Below are positions 36,468 through 43,127 of a stretch of 43,127 nucleotides of DNA, one piece after another (position 1 is the first letter of the stretch; every line of letters starts with the position of its first letter). The notes under the pieces are model-generated. The model saw only the letters and a list, made by a program, of their open reading frames with translations, searched no databases and was not told the origin of the DNA. This stretch comes from Gemmatimonadota bacterium. Its GTDB lineage: Bacteria; Latescibacterota; UBA2968; UBA8231. Both the position numbers and the translations under genes were made by a program. Location of the stretch: assembly GCA_038153405.1 (NCBI GenBank), contig JAYOYH010000040.1, positions 1-43,127 on the forward strand. The letters are read 5' to 3'.

Positions 36468-37324
36468 TGCTGGATCCCATCTATCTGCAGCGCGGCCTCG
36501 ATGCGCTGTGCCGCGCCCACGCATTCGACTACTTTGCCGACGGCCACCGCGGCGGCGCCATCGTTTCGGCCTATTTCTTTTGCCGCGAAGAAGCCGTCGA
36601 AGAGGAGGCCTGTGCCCAGATCGCCGCGCTCATCGACGCCCACTGGAGCTCTACGCCGCTGTGTGCGCCCTTTGTCGAAGAGCATCCGATCGGCGATGGG
36701 ATAGAGCGTATCGCCGCGCACGTCGAGCGCAGCCTAGACCACTTACGCCAGGCCGGGCATAACGTCATCCTACCCTCGCTGGCGCTAAAGGCATTTGCCC
36801 AGCGGCCCGACCTGCTTACCGAGGCGCGCGTCAGCGGACTCTGCAAGATGATTGATGCCTTTACGCGCATGGACGACGTGCCGCTGCAACCAGCCCCCGA
36901 CGTGCCTTCCTTTGCCAATGCCGCCGAAGCCAGCACCTATGTGATGGAGGAACTGCGCGCGTGTATGCGCGCCTTTGACGGGCGCGGGCAGGGCTGGTCG
37001 GGACACCTGCTAACCTATGCACGCGCCCTGCTCGACCTGCGCGCACTCGGCCACGACGCATTGGCCGCACGCGCCGAACACGGCTTTGCCCTCTACGTCG
37101 ACCGCATCCGCATGGGACCGCTGGATACCGATATCCCACGTCCAGAGCACGCCCAGCGCCCGGCGCAGCCGCATCGGGCCACCTACTGGCATCAGCGCAG
37201 CCAGCACGGCATTTCCATCGGCCATCTATTCAAGTATCCCTACGGCTTTTACGGCCTGATCCGCTACGTGCCAGACGGGCCGCTCCGCCAGGCCTGCTGG
37301 GAAGAGGCCTACCGCATTTTCTAA
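36467..37324 (+). CDS. Hypothetical helical protein with four GH motifs
   Basis: TAATG overlap with upstream gene; DGHRG, AGHNV, SGHLL, IGHLF. Confidence 0.7.
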   Translation: MLDPIYLQRGLDALCRAHAFDYFADGHRGGAIVSAYFFCREEAVEEEACAQIAALIDAHWSSTPLCAPFVEEHPIGDGIERIAAHVERSLDHLRQAGHNVILPSLALKAFAQRPDLLTEARVSGLCKMIDAFTRMDDVPLQPAPDVPSFANAAEASTYVMEELRACMRAFDGRGQGWSGHLLTYARALLDLRALGHDALAARAEHGFALYVDRIRMGPLDTDIPRPEHAQRPAQPHRATYWHQRSQHGISIGHLFKYPYGFYGLIRYVPDGPLRQACWEEAYRIF

Positions 37325-37374
37325 CTGGACTACCCGTACACACCCGACGGACAACCCCTTCTGGAGAACGCAGC

Positions 37375-38814
37375 GTGAACTTCTGCGAGCACACCGCCAT
37401 CGCACGCAATGCATTTGACCGGGCGCTGCCGCCGCCCTGGCCCGAGGACCTATCCGACGCAGTGCGCCAGCGCGTGCGGGACTGCGGACGCACGCTGGTC
37501 GTCCTCGACGACGACCCGACCGGTGGCCAGGCTGTGCATGGCCTGCGCGAGTTGCTGCACTGGGATGAGGCACTGTTGGAAGCGATGCTCACCGACGATT
37601 CAACCACTTTTTTTGCCCTGACCAATACGCGCAGTATGGCGGCGGCCGACGCCCGTCACTGCGTGCATCGCCTCGCCGTCCAGCTGGCTAATATTGCGCG
37701 GCGCACGGACCGCCCACTCGATATACTCGTGCGCGGCGACTCGACGCTGCGCGGCCACTATCCGCACGAGTTGGATGCCGTGCGCGATGCCGTAGAGGCG
37801 CGCATGGGCTTCCGCTACGACGGCGTCGTCCTTTGTCCGTTTTTTTACGAGGGCGGCCGCCTGACCGCTGGCGATATGCACTGGGTAGCCGAAGGCGATA
37901 CAATGCGCCCCGTCGCACAAACCGAATTTGCCCGCGACGCCACCTTTGGCTACCGCCGCTCGCACCTGGCCCATTGGGTGGAAGAAAAAACCGCGGGGGC
38001 CGTGCGCGCCGCCGACGTGCTGTCGATCTCGCTCGAATGCATTCGCCAGCGAGGCCCCGACGGCGTGCGCGATCAGTTATTGCAGATGGAACCCGGACGA
38101 GTGGCCCTCATCAACGCCGTCAGCTACCGCGATATCGAAGTAGCTACGCTGGGACTGCTCGACGCCCAAGAGCGCGGCAAGCGCTTTCTCTTTCGCACCT
38201 CGGCCTCTTTCGTAAAGGTGCGCAGCGGCGTCGAAGGCCGCCCCCTGCTAGCGGCCAGCGAGCTGACGCAGCCCGGCACGCAGGGTGGGCTAGTCGCCGT
38301 CGGGTCCTACGTCGACAAAACGACGCTGCAGCTAGAACAACTGCTGCGACTTGACGGGGTAGAGGGCATTGAGCTCGGCGTAGAAACGGTACTCGGCCCA
38401 CAGCGCGACGACGAAATAGCACGCGTAGCCGGAGCGGCAACAGAAGCGCTGGCAGCCGGTATTGATGCAATTATTTACACCAGCCGAACGCGCCAGACGA
38501 CACGCGGCATAGCGGGCGACTTGCAGGTGGGCAGTCGCGTGTCAGCGGCGCTGATCGAAACGGTCCGACGGATCGCTGTGTTGCCGCGCTTTTTTATCGC
38601 CAAAGGCGGAATTACATCCAGCGATATAGCGCGCCTAGGGCTCGGCGCGCGCAGCGTTGAAATACTCGGGCAAATCCTGCCGGGCGTGCCCGTATGGCGA
38701 CTGGGTGCGGAAAGCCGCTTTCCCGGCATGGCCTACGTAGTGTTTCCCGGCAACGTCGGCGGAGAGAACAGCCTGGCCGAAGCGGTGCTGCGCTGCCGAG
38801 GTGCCAACGCGTGA
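37375..38814 (+). CDS. Four-carbon acid sugar kinase family (DUF1537/YgbK)
   Basis: VLDDDPTG, TNTRS, RGDSTLRGH, VGSYV.KTT.QL, AKGGITSSD, FPGNVG. Confidence 0.92.
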   Translation: MNFCEHTAIARNAFDRALPPPWPEDLSDAVRQRVRDCGRTLVVLDDDPTGGQAVHGLRELLHWDEALLEAMLTDDSTTFFALTNTRSMAAADARHCVHRLAVQLANIARRTDRPLDILVRGDSTLRGHYPHELDAVRDAVEARMGFRYDGVVLCPFFYEGGRLTAGDMHWVAEGDTMRPVAQTEFARDATFGYRRSHLAHWVEEKTAGAVRAADVLSISLECIRQRGPDGVRDQLLQMEPGRVALINAVSYRDIEVATLGLLDAQERGKRFLFRTSASFVKVRSGVEGRPLLAASELTQPGTQGGLVAVGSYVDKTTLQLEQLLRLDGVEGIELGVETVLGPQRDDEIARVAGAATEALAAGIDAIIYTSRTRQTTRGIAGDLQVGSRVSAALIETVRRIAVLPRFFIAKGGITSSDIARLGLGARSVEILGQILPGVPVWRLGAESRFPGMAYVVFPGNVGGENSLAEAVLRCRGANA

Positions 38815-38869
38815 AGTAGCCCTTTACCGTTGGCGTATACCGCCTGTAAAACCAGCACATTCATCCGGC

Positions 38870-39847
38870 CTAGCGGCCCGACGCCGATTCTCCTTCTCCT
38901 GTGTGCAATGCGTGTATGTCGTTCAACGCCCACTGTGCGCGGCATCCCCTGCGCTGGTGGGCCAACCAGTTGAGCGCCGGTGCGTGCACAATTTCGTGCG
39001 CGCCGTTAAAAATTGTCACGCGCGCGTTGCCCGACGTCGCGCGAAAGATCGGCTCCTTATCGCCGTAGAGTGCGTCCGGCTGCGCAGCCTCGAACCCTTC
39101 GGGCAGCGTCTGCGTCGCATAAAAAGCCTCGATCTGTTGCGCATCGAGTCGGTCCTCTGGTGCTGCAACGCAGTTAAACGCGTAGAGCGAATGGGAGAAC
39201 GGCACGCTGCCCTGGTGGCCGTCGCGCACGCCGGCGTTGATGTCCAGCGGAACGGCCCGAGCAGCGGCCAAGTAGGTGCACGCCGAGCGTTTGACGCACT
39301 GGCGCGCCGCCTCCTCATCGTCGTCGGGCCGCCCGCCCACAACCCCTTCTATGTGCTCGGCATAGGCCCTCATACCAGTACATTCGCACCACCAGCGATG
39401 CAGATCATTAATCGGCACCCACGCCGAAACCCCGGCCCAAATATCGGGCGCGCGGCCGGCCATCAGCAGCGACGCATAACCGCCCCCCGATGCGCCCACC
39501 AAATAAATGCGCTCTGCATCGACGGCATACTGCGACCGCACATACGCCACCGCGTCGAGAATATCCTGCACCGCCCGCTCGGACCCACACGCGTCTGGCG
39601 TCCAGTTAGGACCGCGAAAATGCGGATGGATAAAGTGCCAATCGCGCGCCATACACCAGCGCGCGTAGACCGTTTCGCCGCCGGCCTGCTCGTAGCCAGC
39701 CGACCAGGTGTGGAGACCGACCAGCAGCGGACGCGCCTGGGCTGACCGCGCGGTCCAGAGCAGCATTGGCTGCAGCGAATCGTCGGCGCTGGCCGAGTAG
39801 TCTACCGTTCCGACATCGGCCGGCCAGCCATCGGGAGCGGGGCGCAT
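38870..39847 (-). CDS. Alpha/beta hydrolase (prolyl oligopeptidase/esterase-like)
   Basis: LLVGLHTWS, GASGGG nucleophile elbow, D and GAHE; ATG overlaps upstream TGA. Confidence 0.85.
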   Translation of the reverse strand: MRPAPDGWPADVGTVDYSASADDSLQPMLLWTARSAQARPLLVGLHTWSAGYEQAGGETVYARWCMARDWHFIHPHFRGPNWTPDACGSERAVQDILDAVAYVRSQYAVDAERIYLVGASGGGYASLLMAGRAPDIWAGVSAWVPINDLHRWWCECTGMRAYAEHIEGVVGGRPDDDEEAARQCVKRSACTYLAAARAVPLDINAGVRDGHQGSVPFSHSLYAFNCVAAPEDRLDAQQIEAFYATQTLPEGFEAAQPDALYGDKEPIFRATSGNARVTIFNGAHEIVHAPALNWLAHQRRGCRAQWALNDIHALHTGEGESASGR

Positions 39848-41067
39848 CAGCCCCACCACGTCTCGCCCTCGACTAGGTGCGCGCGCGCCACGTCCGGATT
39901 CAAATCCACGCCCAGACCCGGTTTCTCGGTAATGCGCACGCATCCTTCCTCTATATAGGAGCCATCCAACACCAGCAGATCGTCGAGCCAATCGCCGTTG
40001 CCCGTCACCGTTTCGCAGGCGATAAAGTCGCGAATCGAACCGGCCCATTGACAGGTTGCCCAGGTGTTGAGCTGCGAACCCGTATTGTGCGTAGCCATCG
40101 GCACACCCCAGATTTCGGCCATGTCGGCGATGCGCTTGTTTTCTAGAAAACCGCCGCTATTGCGCAAGTCCGGATGGAGGATATCGCAGCCCTGATGCAC
40201 GATAAAGTCGGCAAACTCCTGGCGCCGCCACAGATTTTCCCCCGTGCAAATCGGCACCGGAGAGCTGGCCGTTAGCCGCTTCCAGCTCTCGGAGTAGTTG
40301 ACGATCATCGCGTCTTCAAGCCACAGCGGTTTGATCGGCGCCACCGCTTCGGCGATCTGGATGGCCGTGCGCACGTCGTATTCCCAGTGGCAGTGCACCA
40401 TGATGTCGTGGTCCCAGCCCAGCGCCTCGCGACAGTTGGCAAACCCCTCTTCAATCTGGCGCAGTTCGCGCACCGTCAGCACGCGGTTCGACATATCGCG
40501 CCCGGCGTCCTTATCGGGCGTGGTGTGGGGAAAGCCAAATTTGTGACAGGTAAATCCAGCGGGATCTTCTTTGACCTGCTGCGCCCACTCTTCGCACGAG
40601 GCGCGGTCGAGGATGTTGCGCGGACGGGCGTGATTGTAGACGCGCACCCGCTCGCGAAACTTGCCGCCCAGCAGCACGGTCGACGACACGCCGAGAATCT
40701 TGCCGGCCAGATCCCACAGCGCCATTTCGATGCCGCTGGCCGCGCGCATTAGCGCGTGGGCCGACCCGTCCGTGCGGCTAGCGCCGGCCCACCCCGTGCC
40801 GGGTTCCGGGTTTTGGCCCATCGTCGTGTAGAGCACGTCGATTTCCAGGGGATCGCGGCCAATCAACGACGGCTTGATCGCCTCGATCTGTTCCTTCACG
40901 CCAATACCGGGACTGCCGTAGGCCTCGCCAATGCCGTAGAGTCCATCGTCGGCGATGACTTTCACCAGCGTATAAGTACGCGGTCCCTGCAGCAGCATAA
41001 CCTTGATGTCGCGGATCTTTTGACGGCCCTGTTCCGTCTCGCTGAGAATCTGGTACGCTTTGTTCAT
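39847..41067 (-). CDS. Mandelate racemase/muconate lactonizing enzyme family protein
   Basis: GIGE, SGIEMALWDLAGK, LLGGKFR, WLED, TGEN, H, PGLGV; GGAGG RBS before ATG 41067. Confidence 0.9.
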   Translation of the reverse strand: MNKAYQILSETEQGRQKIRDIKVMLLQGPRTYTLVKVIADDGLYGIGEAYGSPGIGVKEQIEAIKPSLIGRDPLEIDVLYTTMGQNPEPGTGWAGASRTDGSAHALMRAASGIEMALWDLAGKILGVSSTVLLGGKFRERVRVYNHARPRNILDRASCEEWAQQVKEDPAGFTCHKFGFPHTTPDKDAGRDMSNRVLTVRELRQIEEGFANCREALGWDHDIMVHCHWEYDVRTAIQIAEAVAPIKPLWLEDAMIVNYSESWKRLTASSPVPICTGENLWRRQEFADFIVHQGCDILHPDLRNSGGFLENKRIADMAEIWGVPMATHNTGSQLNTWATCQWAGSIRDFIACETVTGNGDWLDDLLVLDGSYIEEGCVRITEKPGLGVDLNPDVARAHLVEGETWWG

Positions 41068-41252
41068 GTATCCCTCCCGTGGGTCTCGTTGAAAGTTCCT
41101 GTATAGTACAGCGCTGGAAAGATTGCATCCGCGCGCACAAAATAAGGCAGAATTCGCCACCCACACCATATGCCGCACAAACGGGCATGTCCCCAATGTG
41201 CGCTTGCCCTATATTTTCGCCTGAACGCAACCGGTCACTAGCACGATGAGAA

Positions 41253-41906
41253 ATGCCTATGTATATTCCCAAGCACTTTGAGGAGACCCGCGTCGACGTC
41301 CTGCACGCGCTGATCGACACTTATCCGCTGGCCACGCTCATCACCCATTCGGCGCGCGGCCTCAATGCCAACCACATCCCCATGTCCCTCGCGCCCACGC
41401 CGGCGCCCTACGGCACGCTGAGCGCTCACGTGGCGCGCGGCAACGCGCTGATTGACGACCTGACTGAAAATCCTGATGTGCTGGTCGTATTTCAGGGACC
41501 CAACGCCTACATATCGCCTTCGTGGTACGCCACTACAGCAGAAACAGGACGAGTTGTACCCACGTGGAACTACATAGCCGTACACGCCCAGGGTCGCGCA
41601 CGACTAGTCCATGATCCACACTGGCTGCGCGCGCAAATAACGGCGCTGACGGAGCGGAACGAGGCGCCCTTTGCCGAGCCCTGGTCGGTCGGCGACGCGC
41701 CCGCCGATTACATCGATACGCTCATTGGCGCTATCGTCGGCGTGGAGATAGCCATCGATGTGCTACAGGGCAAGTGGAAAGTCAGCCAGAACCAGCCGGC
41801 GGCCAATGCGGCCGGCGTGCTGGCCGGCCTGCGCGCACGCGATCTGCCCGGCGCACAGGCCATGGCCGATCTGGTTGAACAGCGCGCCAAGGGCGATGCG
41901 GCGTAG
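41253..41906 (+). CDS. paiB: FMN-binding negative transcriptional regulator (PaiB family)
   Basis: MYIPKHF, HVARGN, AYISPSWY, VPTWNY, GKWKVSQN. Confidence 0.9.
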   Translation: MPMYIPKHFEETRVDVLHALIDTYPLATLITHSARGLNANHIPMSLAPTPAPYGTLSAHVARGNALIDDLTENPDVLVVFQGPNAYISPSWYATTAETGRVVPTWNYIAVHAQGRARLVHDPHWLRAQITALTERNEAPFAEPWSVGDAPADYIDTLIGAIVGVEIAIDVLQGKWKVSQNQPAANAAGVLAGLRARDLPGAQAMADLVEQRAKGDAA

Positions 41907-42747
41907 CGTGGACCTGCTGGAACGCGCCCATACGGCGAAAGCGCCCGAGGCCTTTTTGCGCGGCGAGGGCGACTTTTTCGCTCGCTTTGACCGCGCGACG
42001 CAGGATTCTGGCAATATTTCGTACGGCGTGCGGGTTGGCAACCGGCGCTTTTTCGTCAAGACGGCCGGTGCTCCAGACGAACCGGCCTTTCTCGACCACG
42101 ACGAGCGCGTATTCTGGCTGAGAAACGCCATTCGCCTTGCCGGCCTGCTACAGGATCCCGTCCTGCCGCCGCTGCTCAACGCCATCGAAAGCCCACACGG
42201 TCCCCTGCTGGTATACCCTTGGGTCAGCGGCGAATCCGTGCGCACGCCCATTGAGCAACGCACCGATCCGCGCTCGCCGTTTCAGCGCTTTGGCCGCCTG
42301 CCGCTGGCCCAGCTCGTCGACGCGCTGACAGATATATTCCGCGTCCACGTCGCCCTGGCCGAACGCGGTTGGATCGCCAACGATTTTTACGACGGCGCTA
42401 TGCTCTACGACTTCGACCGAGCGCAGCTCTACCTAATCGATCTCGACCTCTACCGCAGCGCGCCGTTTATCAACGATATGGGTCGCCTCTTTGGCTCGAC
42501 GCGCTTTATGGCCCCCGAGGAATTTGAGCGCGGCGCCCGCATTGACGAGCGCACGACCGTCTTTACCATGGGGCGCTGCATTCAGCTCTTTGTCGATCCC
42601 ACGTCGGACCGCAGACGCGCCCTGTGCGATGTGGCCAAGCGCGCCTGCCAACCGCACCCGAGCGATCGATGGCCGCATATGGCCGATTTCTACGCGGCCT
42701 GGCAGCGCGCCGCCGCCCACTCGGATCGCTCGGCGCAAACCGACTAG
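41896..42747 (+). CDS. Ser/Thr protein kinase-like protein
   Basis: QDSGNISYGV, FFVK, NDFYDG, IDLDLY, GSTRFMAPEE, HPSDRW; start 41896 or GTG 41908. Confidence 0.78.
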   Translation: MRRSVDLLERAHTAKAPEAFLRGEGDFFARFDRATQDSGNISYGVRVGNRRFFVKTAGAPDEPAFLDHDERVFWLRNAIRLAGLLQDPVLPPLLNAIESPHGPLLVYPWVSGESVRTPIEQRTDPRSPFQRFGRLPLAQLVDALTDIFRVHVALAERGWIANDFYDGAMLYDFDRAQLYLIDLDLYRSAPFINDMGRLFGSTRFMAPEEFERGARIDERTTVFTMGRCIQLFVDPTSDRRRALCDVAKRACQPHPSDRWPHMADFYAAWQRAAAHSDRSAQTD

Positions 42748-42834
42748 CCTACTTTTGCCACCGTCTAGGCAAAGCCTTAATTTTCGCGCCATGAGTGGCC
42801 TTTCTCATCCCATCAGACAAACGGCGCAGCGCAC

Positions 42835-43127
42835 ATGGTTCGACTAGCGCTATCATTCCTTGGACTCCTGCTGCTGACGGGCGTATTCCTGCGCGCCGGC
42901 CTGACGCGTGCACTGGTCGACGACCTGTTGGCCAACGAGCAGCAGCGGCCCATCACCCTGCGCGTATGGGATTGGTGGAGCCCCTCGGCCAACGAGGAGT
43001 ACGGCCAGTACTTTGCCGAAATCGAGCGGCGCTTTGAGGCGCAAAATCCCGACATCGACGTCGTATACCAGATCGTGCCCTTCGGCAACTACGTGCAGAA
43101 GCTGTCGACGGCCATGGTCGGCAACGC
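42835..43127 (+). CDS. Sugar ABC transporter extracellular solute-binding domain protein, N-terminal part, runs off the window
   Basis: Hand translation MVRLALSFLGLLLLTG...ITLRVWDWW...IERRFEAQNPDIDVVYQIVPFGNYVQKLSTAM matches SBP family 1 N-terminus; frame open to the end. Confidence 0.8.
   Translation, partial: MVRLALSFLGLLLLTGVFLRAGLTRALVDDLLANEQQRPITLRVWDWWSPSANEEYGQYFAEIERRFEAQNPDIDVVYQIVPFGNYVQKLSTAMVGN

Noticed and set aside
1..43127. Stop-codon recoding suggested by frequent TAG stops
   Set aside because: Recognisable proteins end at expected lengths; no in-frame continuation of domains noticed

Overview
A GC-rich, densely coding, apparently chromosomal bacterial window with about 43 genes. 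I saw no mobile element, CRISPR array or RNA gene. It holds housekeeping genes (pdxS/pdxT, pyrD-like, rlmG-like, TrmH methylase, FKBP, ClC channel) and an envelope operon (COG3014-like TPR lipoprotein, unknown secreted protein, LpoB-like lipoprotein, outer-membrane beta-barrel). It also has a Wzx flippase, a GT-C glycosyltransferase coupled to a leucine-rich-repeat lipoprotein, and many scattered catabolic enzymes: a sulfatase, 2 mandelate-racemase-family, 2 PhyH dioxygenases, 2 lactonases, 2 TIM-barrel epimerases, a four-carbon acid-sugar kinase, an SDR and a Gfo/Idh/MocA protein. This content suggests a diderm such as Latescibacterota or a related lineage (inference only). The most notable signal is a short C-terminal tail, T[AS]V-x4-W-x2-[VI]K, shared by two unrelated secreted proteins and a candidate protein-sorting signal. 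Other points: a small cytochrome c with a CX4CH heme motif, an unknown helical protein with four GH motifs, several enzymes with non-canonical catalytic residues, and a probable internally deleted ankyrin gene. All family calls come from motif recognition by eye; no searches were run.
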